This document shows, piece after piece, positions 21,021 to 31,654 of a DNA stretch of 64,000 nt (positions are counted from its first letter, which is position 1; each line of letters starts with the position of its first letter). Source of the DNA: a bacterium (lineage in GTDB: Bacteria; SAR324; NAC60-12); the NCBI GenBank assembly GCA_965209155.1, contig OZ242383.1:128001-192000 (forward strand). The letters run 5' to 3'. The notes under the pieces were generated by a model. It made no database searches. It was not told the DNA's origin and saw nothing but the letters and a program-made list of their open reading frames with translations. The position numbers and the translations under genes were made by a program.

Positions 21021-21821
21021 TCAGTGAGTATTTTGTTTCCCATATGAATACTCCATCCTGCCACCGGTTATGGGAAAGGTTTCACTGTTGATAAAGCCGG
21101 CTTGATTCGAACACAAAAAAGTGACCAAGGCCGAAACGTCACCGGCATTCCCCAATCTTCGTAATGGTACCTGTTTCGCATAATCGGCCAGCTCATCTTC
21201 ACTGGAACTGTCAGCCAGTGTTTCAGTTTTTATAAATCCAGGCGCAATTGCATTAACAGTTATTCCAAAAGGGCCCAGCTCTTTTGCAGCCGACTTAGTC
21301 AAACCAATCAAACCTGCTTTCGCAGCCGCATAATGTGAGGCTCCCAAGCCAGAACCAACAAAACCATGAATGGACGAAGTGTTGATGATTCTTCCCCATT
21401 TGTTCTTGATCATGTGACGCGCAACAAACTTTGTACAAATGAAGGAACCCGTTAATGCAACGGACAACATTTCATTCCAGTCTTCCAGGTTCAAACAATC
21501 AATCTTGAATTGAGGTCCAACATATTGAGATCCCGTTAAACTCGCGTTGTTGATAAAAATGTCAATTCTTTCCCGTTCTGCCACAATTTTTTCAACCATT
21601 TGATTCACTTCATTTTCGTTGGTCACGTCCAACTTCTCAGAAAAAGCCAGCCATCCTTTATCGTTGATTTGGTTTACCGCTTGTTTCAACGGTTCTGTAA
21701 TCTCCTTATCGGTCAAGTAAACGACAGCGCCTTCGCCCGCTAATGACAAAGCTTCTGCTTTTCCAATTCCGCGACTGGCTCCGGTTATCAAAGCGATTTT
21801 ATTTTTTAAACCAAGATCCAT
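21021..21821 (-). CDS. SDR family oxidoreductase (FabG-like)
   Basis: TGASRGIG, YAAAK, NAIAPG. Confidence 0.92.
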   Translation of the reverse strand: MDLGLKNKIALITGASRGIGKAEALSLAGEGAVVYLTDKEITEPLKQAVNQINDKGWLAFSEKLDVTNENEVNQMVEKIVAERERIDIFINNASLTGSQYVGPQFKIDCLNLEDWNEMLSVALTGSFICTKFVARHMIKNKWGRIINTSSIHGFVGSGLGASHYAAAKAGLIGLTKSAAKELGPFGITVNAIAPGFIKTETLADSSSEDELADYAKQVPLRRLGNAGDVSALVTFLCSNQAGFINSETFPITGGRMEYSYGKQNTH

Positions 21822-21828
21822 GAATCAT

Positions 21829-23208
21829 TCAGACGATTTTAATATTCTTCAGATCGATTAAACGGTCTTGCCTTGCCCTGAATTCGATGTTTTTGTTATA
21901 AACCCAAACATCTTTTGCATGATAAACAGGAATTCTTGATTGTATATTCAACAGGTTCTCTTGAATATTTTGATATGCGGAAAAGCGTTCCTTCTCATCA
22001 GTGATCCTTTTTACCTTGTCAATACTTTTGAATAAATTTTTATTAATAAGATTTTCTCGATTATCACTCAAAAAGTTGGATTTCAGGTTGTAGTCCGGAT
22101 CAAGGGTAATTTCGGACCAGCCATTGATAAACATGTCGTATTGCCCGTCACTCATGAGCGGCCATGCATCCTTCTCCGGATAGTCGAGAATATCAACGGA
22201 TATATTCAGCTTCGATAATGATTCCTTCAGGATCGTTGCGGTCTCCATGAGTTTGGGTACCGCCCCTCCAGGTAGAATCAAACTGCATTCAAAACCATTC
22301 TTATAAGCACTCAAATCCATCAGTTCTTTTGCTTTCCGTAAATTGAATTCAATACCGGGATTTTTTGTATTATACCCGAACACAGGCGGGGAGAGGACGG
22401 ATTTCGGGACCAAAGCATGCCCGAGAAATACGTCATTTATAATTTTCTCCCTGTCGATTGCAAGATTTATTGCTTTTCTGATGTTGTCGTCAAAATAGTT
22501 TTTCCGACAATTTATTGAAATAACAATGGTGTCCGGACCATTCATTTCTTCAAGGCGGAAGTCAGCGCGCAGAGTTTCAATGTATTCATGAGGGGGTTGA
22601 AAAATAAGATCGACTTTCCCTGATAAAAAACTTTCAAATCTTTGGTAAGGATCATTGCAACAGAGATAGTGGATGTGGGGAATGCAGGGCGTTCCGTCCC
22701 AATACTGATCATTTGAAATAAAATCCAAGTAATCCCCACTTTGATAGCCTGCAAATTTGTAAGGTCCCGTACCAATGGGTTCTTGATTTTCATTGACGGG
22801 AGTGAGCAAAGGCAAAATAGTAAGATTTGGAACCAGTGAGGCGTCGTATTGGCGCAATTTCAGCTGAATTTGGTTTGGGGTTATGACGTTAATGGTTTCA
22901 ATACTTTCGTATAAAAAATTCATTCTTGAACTTTTTAGTTTGTGAAAGGTGTATTCGACGGATTCGGCATCAAACGATTTTCCGTTATGAAATTCAATGT
23001 CTTTTTTTAGTTCAATTTCTAAAATAGCGTTACCTTTCCATTTCCAGCTTTTACACAACTGAGGTTTTATCACGCCGTTATAATCTCGCTTGAACAAACA
23101 ATCGTACAAATTGGAGCGCAATACAATATGCAAGGCGGTTTTGGTCGAGGAAATCGGATCCAAAGATCCCACATCCTCCCATGACAATTTCAATGATTCA
23201 TTTCTCAT
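21829..23208 (-). CDS. Family 5 ABC substrate-binding protein-like; no obvious signal peptide
   Basis: FHNGKSFDAESV, PIGTGPYKF, RKAINLAIDR. Confidence 0.85.
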   Translation of the reverse strand: MRNESLKLSWEDVGSLDPISSTKTALHIVLRSNLYDCLFKRDYNGVIKPQLCKSWKWKGNAILEIELKKDIEFHNGKSFDAESVEYTFHKLKSSRMNFLYESIETINVITPNQIQLKLRQYDASLVPNLTILPLLTPVNENQEPIGTGPYKFAGYQSGDYLDFISNDQYWDGTPCIPHIHYLCCNDPYQRFESFLSGKVDLIFQPPHEYIETLRADFRLEEMNGPDTIVISINCRKNYFDDNIRKAINLAIDREKIINDVFLGHALVPKSVLSPPVFGYNTKNPGIEFNLRKAKELMDLSAYKNGFECSLILPGGAVPKLMETATILKESLSKLNISVDILDYPEKDAWPLMSDGQYDMFINGWSEITLDPDYNLKSNFLSDNRENLINKNLFKSIDKVKRITDEKERFSAYQNIQENLLNIQSRIPVYHAKDVWVYNKNIEFRARQDRLIDLKNIKIV

Positions 23209-23270
23209 TTTATTATTTCCCGTAATTGTTAATCGTTCCTGTATTTAATATTTTTGCCGCATCGAGGTAG

Positions 23271-25010
23271 TTAACCGATTTTTAGATTCCGCCTCAGTTT
23301 ATCAGTCTCTTCTTGAAGCACTTTTAATTGATTCCCCCTTTTTTCAATGACGACCCCATATATTTTTCTGGCGGATCGTCTTGAAACGATTCCGTTCGCG
23401 ACATCATTGAAAACGGATTGCGTACTTCTTTCCAGAGGATTTCCGTATCCACCCCCACCCGGCAATTTGAGCGTAATAGTGGTGCCTGATTGAATTTCTA
23501 CGTCCTGCTTAGAGTTTCTGATCTTTTTTTTGTTTATCAGAAATTCACCTTTTTTGCCAGGACGCCCCCCTCTTAACCCTGCAGCAGCATACCTGGTTCT
23601 TTCGCACTTCGGACTGATGGAGTAAGGATATTTTGAATTTATTTCAAATTTTATAACTTGTCCCAAACCTCCACGATATTTTCCCGCACCACCCGAGTCA
23701 TTTATAAATTCTTTTTTTAAAAAGAAAAGAGGGGAGCGATCCTCCACAATTTCGACTGGAACGGATTGGGAACGTGCAGGAAATGCGGTGGTGGAGAGTC
23801 CGTCTTTATGGAATCGTGCGCCTGTTCCCCCGGTCCAAACCAAATGAAAATGAGAAGTGACACCGGGATCCGTAGCATAAGGTTGTATCGTCCAATCCGC
23901 GTCATAGCCTTCCGCGGTCACTTTTTCAGGGATGACATTCGCCAGGGCGCCAAATATCGTGCTTGGCAACAACTGTCCAATCGTATGTCGCGCAGCAACG
24001 GGTGCGGGGTGTACGGCATTGAGAATACAACCTTCGGGCGCAAATATTTTGAAGGGTCTGAAACTTCCTTCATTGTTGGGAAGATCAGGGGCAGTTAAGC
24101 ATTTCAGCGCAAAAATACTATAGGCATGGCTGTAATTGCTCACCACATTGATTCCGTAGAAACTTTGAGGTGAAGTTCCCGTATAGTCAACCAGAATTCC
24201 ATCCCTTTTCTTTACAGTAACTTTAACAACAATTTTTATCGGACTATCAAAACCGTCAGAAGTCAATTCATTGTAGTAAATTCCACTGGGCCAGGATTCT
24301 AAAGCGTTCCTGATTGAATTCTCAGAACGATTGATGATCTCATCCGAAATTTCGGAAAGGTCCTCCAGGGCAAATTCTTTCATGAATTTCAACAATTCAC
24401 GACCTCCGACTTCGTTTGCGGATACTTGCGCATTGAGATCCCCCAACATTTCGTCGTGGTTCCTCACATTACTTTTTATAATCGTAAAAACGTCTTCATT
24501 GGGTTTACCTGCATGAAAAAGTTTTAAAGGAGGCAACCACAAACCCTCTTCATAGACGTCTTTTGCTTCCGCAGACATCGGTCGCCCGCCAATATCCACG
24601 GAATGACAAGTATTTGCGAAAAAAGCGATCAATTGCTTTTTGTAAAAAACAGGGGTCACCATGGTGATATCGTTGAGATGTCCCGACGTTTTCCAAGGAT
24701 CGTTGGTTAAGAGAACGTCGCCATTTTCGAGATTGATTCCCGGGAATATCCTCAAGAATTCTTTCACGCAGTTGGCCGTTGAGTTTATATGTCCTGGAGT
24801 TCCCCTGATGGATTGAGCAAGCATTCTACCCTTTGCATCAAATATGGCTGCTGCAAGATCTTCGGCTTCGCTGACGACAGGGGTAAAGGAAGTTCGAACC
24901 AAGGTCGCTGCTTGTTGATTGACAACCGATATCAAGCGGTTCCAAACCACTTCAAGAAGAATTGGATCAATAGTCAGACTTTTTTTCCCCATTGACTGTT
25001 TATCGAACAT
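23271..25010 (-). CDS. Hydantoinase B / oxoprolinase family
   Basis: NDPW..SGHLND, EEGLWLPP, DSGGAGKYRGG, PGGGGYG. Confidence 0.92.
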   Translation of the reverse strand: MFDKQSMGKKSLTIDPILLEVVWNRLISVVNQQAATLVRTSFTPVVSEAEDLAAAIFDAKGRMLAQSIRGTPGHINSTANCVKEFLRIFPGINLENGDVLLTNDPWKTSGHLNDITMVTPVFYKKQLIAFFANTCHSVDIGGRPMSAEAKDVYEEGLWLPPLKLFHAGKPNEDVFTIIKSNVRNHDEMLGDLNAQVSANEVGGRELLKFMKEFALEDLSEISDEIINRSENSIRNALESWPSGIYYNELTSDGFDSPIKIVVKVTVKKRDGILVDYTGTSPQSFYGINVVSNYSHAYSIFALKCLTAPDLPNNEGSFRPFKIFAPEGCILNAVHPAPVAARHTIGQLLPSTIFGALANVIPEKVTAEGYDADWTIQPYATDPGVTSHFHLVWTGGTGARFHKDGLSTTAFPARSQSVPVEIVEDRSPLFFLKKEFINDSGGAGKYRGGLGQVIKFEINSKYPYSISPKCERTRYAAAGLRGGRPGKKGEFLINKKKIRNSKQDVEIQSGTTITLKLPGGGGYGNPLERSTQSVFNDVANGIVSRRSARKIYGVVIEKRGNQLKVLQEETDKLRRNLKIG

Positions 25011-27102
25011 TGATACGTAAATTCAGTGATTCGTCCACTTCCAAGCTGGAGTGGGGGGCCATAATGGTCGTCGATTCGTTTTCCTCGATGATGGCAGGTC
25101 CTTTGATTTGATTTCCGACATCGAGTTGATAGCGATTGTAGACGGGGGTTTTGATGAATTTTTTGTATTCGTGAAAATAAGCGTTACGATATCCTTTGAG
25201 AGAAACATTTTGCTTCAACTTCGATCTACTTCTGTTGGCAGAAGCGATTTCCACGGTTGGAGTCCTGGAATAAGCAATGATTCTCCAATTTAAAACTTCA
25301 ATTTGCATATTGGAAGTCAACTTGGAATACTGTCTCAAGTATTCTTTTTTGAACAGTTCTTTGAATTTTTGATGGTTCTTTTGTTGAACCACGGCAATAG
25401 GAATGTTGACGCTTATTTCATGGGATTGTCCAATAAATCGCATATCGCAATTCAATTCGTATTCGATATTTGACTGATTTATCCCTGCTTCCAATAAAAT
25501 GATCCGTCCCTCTTGCTTCATCGTATTCAATATTGAATTTATTTTTTCCCATTTCAATTCATTCAAATTGATCCTGTAGGTGTGAACAAAGTCAAAACTC
25601 ATCGGTGTGCAAAGGAAACCAAACGCGGAAGTGACACCTGCAAAGGGTGGAATGACGACAGTGGAGATATTTAATAATTGAGCCAACTTATAAGAATGAA
25701 CGGGTCCTGCCCCTCCAAATGCGACCATGGCAAAATTACGAACGTCCTTTCCTCTTTCAGTGGTATGAATTTTAGCCGCGTTGGCCATATTCTCATTCAC
25801 AATTTGATGCACGCCCCATGCGGCATCGGTTAGACTGATTCTTAATTTTTTTGAAATATTCTCCAGAAGTGATTTTTTTGCCGCATTCAAATCGAGTTGC
25901 AGTTTTCCTCCAAGATAAAAATCCGGATTCAAATATCCCAAGATGAGATCTGCGTCGGTCACAGTGGGATCCTTTCCCCCATTGCCATAACAAACCGGAC
26001 CCGGGTCACTGCCAGCGCTTTCCGGTCCCACCTTTAACAGACCAAGTTCATTGATTCGAGCAATACTGCCACCGCCCGCACCGATCTCGATCATGTCCAC
26101 CGCCCGACCAGTTATCGGAATGCCACTTCCTTTTTTAAAACGGTACTCCCGGGCTGCCTCAAATACATTGGATGTCATAATCTGGCCGTTGTTTATTAAA
26201 CAAACCTTTGCCGTCGTGCCTCCCATATCAAAAGATAACGCATTTTTATTGAAGTTATTTTTAATGTAATACTTTGCCGCTAATGCACCAGACGCAGGGC
26301 CGGATTCCAGAATTTTAATCGGATATTTACATGCGAAATCGGGAGTACAGATACCGCCGTTCGAAAGCATCAGGTAAAATCGTCCATCGAAGTTTGATTG
26401 TTTCAACGTGTTTTCAAAACTTGTCAGATACTTCATGATGAGGGGTTGGACATAGGCATTCGCTACAGTGGTCGACATCCTTTCGAATTCTCTGATTTGA
26501 GGACTCACTCGACAGGAGAGGGAAACGTTCAGACCTGGAAGGATCCCTTTAATCCAAGATGCGATTGTTTCTTCATTGGTCGAATTGGCATAACTATGAA
26601 GGAGACAGATCGCAATCGAGTCAATCTCATTCTTTTTAATGAAATTAACTACTTTTCTCAGTTGTTTTTTAGCAGGTTTTATTAGAATGTGTCCATTGGA
26701 TAATACTCTTTCTTTGACTGGTATTCTCAATGACCGGGGTATTAAAGGAAGGGGTTTTTCAAGGTATAAATCATCCATGTCAAAACGCAGTTCTCTTGCT
26801 ATTTCCAGAATGTCCCTGAATCCCTCGGTTACGATCAATGCGGTTTTTGCTCCTTTTCGCTCGATGAGCGCGTTGCTGATCAAGGTCGTGCCATGGATTA
26901 TCTGGCGTAAATGTAAAAACTCATATCCAGCTTCACGTAAAATTTCATCTACCAGTTGAATAACGGCAATGGAGGGATCCTGATGAGTCGTTAACTTTTT
27001 ACCAACCCAGTATTTTCCGCATTCGTCATCAGTCAAGAAGACATCGGTAAATGTCCCTCCTATATCGACACCGAGCTTTAGTGATTTTTCAGTTTGCGTC
27101 AT
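25000..27102 (-). CDS. Hydantoinase A / oxoprolinase family
   Basis: GVDIGGTFTD, HGTT, ESGPA, DMGGTT, GAGGGS. Confidence 0.93.
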   Translation of the reverse strand: MTQTEKSLKLGVDIGGTFTDVFLTDDECGKYWVGKKLTTHQDPSIAVIQLVDEILREAGYEFLHLRQIIHGTTLISNALIERKGAKTALIVTEGFRDILEIARELRFDMDDLYLEKPLPLIPRSLRIPVKERVLSNGHILIKPAKKQLRKVVNFIKKNEIDSIAICLLHSYANSTNEETIASWIKGILPGLNVSLSCRVSPQIREFERMSTTVANAYVQPLIMKYLTSFENTLKQSNFDGRFYLMLSNGGICTPDFACKYPIKILESGPASGALAAKYYIKNNFNKNALSFDMGGTTAKVCLINNGQIMTSNVFEAAREYRFKKGSGIPITGRAVDMIEIGAGGGSIARINELGLLKVGPESAGSDPGPVCYGNGGKDPTVTDADLILGYLNPDFYLGGKLQLDLNAAKKSLLENISKKLRISLTDAAWGVHQIVNENMANAAKIHTTERGKDVRNFAMVAFGGAGPVHSYKLAQLLNISTVVIPPFAGVTSAFGFLCTPMSFDFVHTYRINLNELKWEKINSILNTMKQEGRIILLEAGINQSNIEYELNCDMRFIGQSHEISVNIPIAVVQQKNHQKFKELFKKEYLRQYSKLTSNMQIEVLNWRIIAYSRTPTVEIASANRSRSKLKQNVSLKGYRNAYFHEYKKFIKTPVYNRYQLDVGNQIKGPAIIEENESTTIMAPHSSLEVDESLNLRINVR

Positions 27103-27600
27103 GTTCCTGATCAGGTGGTAATTTTACTTTTCTGCAGGCGACTTGGAATGCTTTGCTTCCAGACCTCGAACTATCACGTACGCAATGAGCGTGAACACAA
27201 AGAACACCAGCAGCATCCACGCAATGCTTTGCAAGGTGCCGATGACGGTGCGGTACACCTCCAAAACCCGGTGTAAGGTTTCTCAGCTTCTAACATATGC
27301 TACACCATTCGGGGCGGAGTCGGTTGAGGGCTGGTTCAAGATAAAAACCGGGACGTATTGTCGCCAAATGTGTTATTCTTTGCGTGTAAAATGTATATCA
27401 TACCAACACTATCTGATCAAGGATCTACTGTCTGTTGTCAATATTTCCTCGTATACCAACCATGTCAAAAGTCCACTTTCTTGTAATTATGCGTAAAGGT
27501 TGGTTTGCTCTTCAAAGAGATAACCTGCCCTAAACCATCGGAATTTTTTTTGATTAACTATATTATTGCATTGGCCTGACGTACGCTTTAAAAAAAGCAA

Positions 27601-28485
27601 ATGCGTATTCTTCCAATGCGTGAGGAAGTGAGAGTGAAAGTGTGGACGACTACTTTGTATATTGCGGGAGGAATCGGCGGATTGATCCTCATTTTGTATC
27701 TTTTTCAGCGTCACCTCATTTATTTTCCGCGTGCATATGACTCCTCGTATGACTTGAAAAAATATGAAAATGTCGTTGAATTGGAGTACGAGACTGCAGA
27801 AGGACGTCAGGTTTCATTTTACATACCCCCCCGGCAAAAATCCAACTCACTCCCAGAGGAACTTTGGTTTGTCTTTGGAGGCAATGCCGCATTGGCTTTG
27901 GATTTTTATGATTTTGTATATCGTTATCCTAACCAAGCTGCCGGGATCTTGTTGATCGAATATCCCGGGTACGGCAAATGTGAGGGAAAAGCTTCACCTG
28001 CATCAATCCTGGCTTCGACTGAAGCCGCAATGGACCGTCTGGCGCAACATTTATCAGTTGAGCGTGGTCTCTTGAAGGAGAAACTGCATATTTTGGGACA
28101 TTCTCTGGGAAGTGGAGCAGGTTTGCAATTTGCGGTACGGCATCCTGCGCAAAAAATAATATTGATCTCCCCTTTCACCAGCCTGCAGGAAATGGCTTGT
28201 CGATCGGTTGGAAAACCCTTGTGCTATTTGCTTCGCCATCATTTCGACAATATGTCCCGTCTGTCGGAACTTGCGAAACGTGACCCCATGCCCCAAGTCC
28301 ATATCATTCACGGTACACGCGACCAGGTGATACCTGTTGCCATGGGACAATTACTGGCAAAAAATTTTTCTTCCATGGTAACTTACCTGGAAATTCCTCA
28401 TGCAGACCATAATTTTATCTTCTCACTGGCAGATGAAGAGATTTACCAGGCCATGAGCGGTTCTCAAACGCTTTCAGAGATGTAG
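27601..28485 (+). CDS. Alpha/beta hydrolase
   Basis: YPGYG, GHSLG, IHGTRD; start uncertain (GTG at about 27628 or later). Confidence 0.88.
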   Translation: MRILPMREEVRVKVWTTTLYIAGGIGGLILILYLFQRHLIYFPRAYDSSYDLKKYENVVELEYETAEGRQVSFYIPPRQKSNSLPEELWFVFGGNAALALDFYDFVYRYPNQAAGILLIEYPGYGKCEGKASPASILASTEAAMDRLAQHLSVERGLLKEKLHILGHSLGSGAGLQFAVRHPAQKIILISPFTSLQEMACRSVGKPLCYLLRHHFDNMSRLSELAKRDPMPQVHIIHGTRDQVIPVAMGQLLAKNFSSMVTYLEIPHADHNFIFSLADEEIYQAMSGSQTLSEM

Positions 28486-28647
28486 GACGCATGAAAAAAA
28501 GGGAAAAAGTATTGATTTTTCAGAATGAATTATATTAAAACGTGTAAAAAACCCACTGAATCATTTCAGATTCTCATTCATTGAAAGTAAAATACTCTCA
28601 GTTATATGTGAATCAGGAGTTGAATTTTAATTTATAAAATCAATAAT

Positions 28648-29209
28648 TAATCTCATTAAACCACCAGCTCTGCTGGTGCGAACCTAATAGGCTTTGCCGG
28701 TCAGACATGAGAAACGTAACCGTGTCCGTTAGCCGTGCTCGTGCTCGTGAACGGTCAGTGAATTCGACAGCACATTTTGGTTAACATAGAAACAATGCGA
28801 TGAGGTAATTGTTTCCCTTCGTCAAATAAAGGAGGCTGGATGATCTTCAACACGTTTAAAACATCGAGAATAGCAGCGCATTCCATTGCGGAACCTCGGG
28901 CAAATGCATAGAATCGTTGCTTGTCAGGAAAGGAATTTTTTCCACAGCCTTCTGCGATATTGAGAGGAATCGACCATGAGGCCCTTTTCAGTTGGTCAAC
29001 TAAGGCTGAGTATCCTTTTGGCAATGTTTCGATGACTTGGACAGATAACGCTAAAAATTCGATGGAACATTGGTATACATCGAGTTTTTCATGATCTAAC
29101 ATGGCAGCCTTTTTCGTTCACGAGCACGAGCACGTCTTACGATGACGAACACGTTTTGCCCTCATACTGGGGGCCTCTTCAAGCCACCGGCTCTGCCGGT
29201 GGTGATGAC
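28648..29209 (-). mobile_element. Copy F of the 562-bp element
   Basis: TAAT|TAATCTC...GATGAC|T. Confidence 0.95.
28755..29102 (-). CDS. Four helix bundle protein
   Basis: Two substitutions relative to the consensus. Confidence 0.88.
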   Translation of the reverse strand: MLDHEKLDVYQCSIEFLALSVQVIETLPKGYSALVDQLKRASWSIPLNIAEGCGKNSFPDKQRFYAFARGSAMECAAILDVLNVLKIIQPPLFDEGKQLPHRIVSMLTKMCCRIH

Positions 29210-29400
29210 TTAATAATTCAGATGTGTCATGCTGGTCCCGGATCATCCTGGTCCCGGATCAAGTCCGGGATGATCCGGGATCCGGATGATCCGGCATCAA
29301 AAATGTCGCCCGTATCCCCCTGGATTCCTGGTCAGGCCAGGAATGACTCGTTTTTTAACTCCTGATTCACGCCAGTTTATACAATTTTGGAGCGTCCAGC

Positions 29401-29688
29401 ATGAACAAATCTCAATTGATTGAAACTTTAGCAAAAAAATCCGAACGTCACGCGCAGATAAAAGATCGAGCAGTCAACCTTTTTTTCGAAAGTATTAAAA
29501 ACGCACTGGCAGAAAACGATAAAGTGGAAATCAGGGGATTCGGCTCTTTTTTCCTCAAGAGCTACCAGGGGTACAAAGGACGCAACCCCAAAACGGGAGA
29601 CAAAGTAGAAGTGCCCGGAAAAATTCTTCCCGTTTTCCGCACTGGCAAAGATTTGAAAGAACGAGTAAAAGAAGTCAAAAAAAGTTGA
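29401..29688 (+). CDS. Integration host factor beta / HU family
   Basis: MNKSQLI, VEIRGFGSF, GRNPKTG. Confidence 0.9.
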   Translation: MNKSQLIETLAKKSERHAQIKDRAVNLFFESIKNALAENDKVEIRGFGSFFLKSYQGYKGRNPKTGDKVEVPGKILPVFRTGKDLKERVKEVKKS

Positions 29689-29825
29689 AGTTCCTTTCGC
29701 CAACCTCCTTGATTACGCGGAATTGATCCTGACAGAGATTCCAACCACCTGAGAGCCTGCCTTGATTCATAAAGTTGAACTCGTCATTCGCAAATGCAAC
29801 CCTGTTCCTTAAACCTGAAGGCGTC

Positions 29826-30296
29826 ATGAAATTGGGAGTGTTGGTTTATATTGAAAAAGCGGGCAAAATCCTCATGATTCATCGAAAAAAAAAAGACGAA
29901 CATGAAGGTTTTTGGTTAGCCCCCGGAGGGAAAATGGAAAAAAACGAAGCGCCTGTTGAAACTGCCATACGAGAAGTGCGGGAAGAGACAGGGCTAATCC
30001 TTCAATCAATGGAGTTAACCAGTATTCTCAGTTTTCCAGACGAAGGAGATTCTCCATTCGGGGACGAGTGGCAGGTATTTGTGTTTTATACGATGCATTT
30101 CAGTGGAAAAATGAAGAAGGAATGTTCTGAAGGGGCGCTGGCATGGATAGCTCGGGATCACCTGATCGACCTCCCCATGTGGGAAGGTGATCGATTGTTT
30201 ACGCCCCGAATTTTCGAAAAAGGAAACTTTTTCGCAAAATTGCACTATAAAAAAGAATTGCTGGTTGAAGCAAAATTCTGGGAGTCAAGGCCTTGA
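29826..30296 (+). CDS. NUDIX hydrolase (MutT/MutX-like)
   Basis: GGKMEKNEAPVETAIREVREETG, LPMWEGD. Confidence 0.9.
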   Translation: MKLGVLVYIEKAGKILMIHRKKKDEHEGFWLAPGGKMEKNEAPVETAIREVREETGLILQSMELTSILSFPDEGDSPFGDEWQVFVFYTMHFSGKMKKECSEGALAWIARDHLIDLPMWEGDRLFTPRIFEKGNFFAKLHYKKELLVEAKFWESRP

Positions 30297-30303
30297 AACG
30301 ACT

Positions 30304-31611
30304 CTATCCGATCTGGAGCAGGCGTTTTATGAGAGGACGAATGAGATCCTGCATGCATTGCTCTTCCGGGAAATTCCAAGGTGTACCAAGGATGAGATCC
30401 AAGGGAAAAACAGGTACTCCGCTGTCATCGATAAAACGCCCCGCATTCAGTCCATTCGTGGCAACACGTCGTACCGTTTCCTGATCCAAAAGCCCGGTAC
30501 GCATCCATTTTTGCTGGAATGCGGATAAATATTCAACCTGTTCAAAACTCCCCAAACATTTGAAACCATTTAAAAAACTCAAAATCGTAAAGGTGAGAAA
30601 GATTCCGGGACAGAGTCTGCGGGTTTTGAGGGCATCAACGAGGATTTCGGGGGTCAGTTCAAAGCGGTGCCAGGGACTTTCCAAACAATTGCTCCGGATT
30701 CTCAGTACCGCAATCTTTTCTCTATCTTTCTCCCAGTAAGGTGCCGTAAAAATAGAAAGTTCCGGCCCAAATTCCTGCAAGACCCGTGCTTGGAAACGTG
30801 AATTGAAAAAAAATTGAAAAACAGGGTGTCCTGGTTGAAAAAGTTTAATTTGCAAATACGAGGTAATCACTTCATTGAGATCCATACAGACCATGCGAGT
30901 TTGTTTCAGCAAAGACTGATTGAGGTTCTGGCAACTGCGAATCGCCCATCGGCTGAACGAAGCTCCTGCTTGAACAGGAGGAAAGAAAGAGGACAAATTG
31001 GGGGATAAATGCAGCAGGAGTTGTTGCATTCTCCGTGGAACGACCGTTTGATAAACCAACGCATCCCGCAAAACGCCGGGAATGAGAGAAATTCGACGTT
31101 CGTAAACCATTGACGCGGATGAATCCCGTAAGCGGTCCTTTTGCGCACGATCCAGTTCGTAAAAAAAAGGAGACTTGCTTGAAAACAATTGCTCCAGAGA
31201 ATGACGGTTACTATAATTCAGGCATCCCGACCAGGCATTATTGGAAAAAGGAACTCCGGAAAAGGCGGCAACGGGATAAAAACATCCCGGTTCGATTCCC
31301 AGACTGGCCAACCAATGAATGGCAAAAAAAGTCGGTCCTTCTGTGGCGGTGAGATGGGTGGCAGTTTGCAGGATCCGTGTTTGCTCGAGTTCATTTGTAA
31401 TCTCTTCCCGTCGCACCGGCGTATAATCCAGGCGTTTCAGCTCGTCATCAAACGCGTCACGCAATTCCGGTTCCAAGGGGCAAGGGACCTGATACTGATT
31501 GAGCCAGACTGAATAATCTTTAACCGGCATCATTCCGCGAGATTCCAGAATCCCGGATACCTGAATCCGTCCCAGATTCCGCAATGCATCAACAACTCCA
31601 GCCAGTTTCAT
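30304..31611 (-). CDS. Hypothetical protein
   Basis: 435-aa ORF with an ATG start; family not recognised. Confidence 0.7.
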   Translation of the reverse strand: MKLAGVVDALRNLGRIQVSGILESRGMMPVKDYSVWLNQYQVPCPLEPELRDAFDDELKRLDYTPVRREEITNELEQTRILQTATHLTATEGPTFFAIHWLASLGIEPGCFYPVAAFSGVPFSNNAWSGCLNYSNRHSLEQLFSSKSPFFYELDRAQKDRLRDSSASMVYERRISLIPGVLRDALVYQTVVPRRMQQLLLHLSPNLSSFFPPVQAGASFSRWAIRSCQNLNQSLLKQTRMVCMDLNEVITSYLQIKLFQPGHPVFQFFFNSRFQARVLQEFGPELSIFTAPYWEKDREKIAVLRIRSNCLESPWHRFELTPEILVDALKTRRLCPGIFLTFTILSFLNGFKCLGSFEQVEYLSAFQQKWMRTGLLDQETVRRVATNGLNAGRFIDDSGVPVFPLDLILGTPWNFPEEQCMQDLIRPLIKRLLQIG

Positions 31612-31654
31612 GATTCTTGACTTCTCCCAGACTAACTTTTATGCTGAGAATAAT

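Larger units (their letters stand above)
28608..29370. repeat. Family-B MITE-like repeat with 14-bp perfect TIRs, interrupted by copy F
   Basis: GTGAATCAGGAGTT...AACTCCTGATTCAC; internal GTCATGCTGG...CCAGGAATGAC stem; homologous to 20238-20963. Confidence 0.8.

Noticed and set aside
27094..27496. Possible tnpA remnant in short plus-strand ORFs
   Set aside because: No HUH motif; the minus strand instead reads as the C-terminal fragment of a membrane protein (about 27124-27270)
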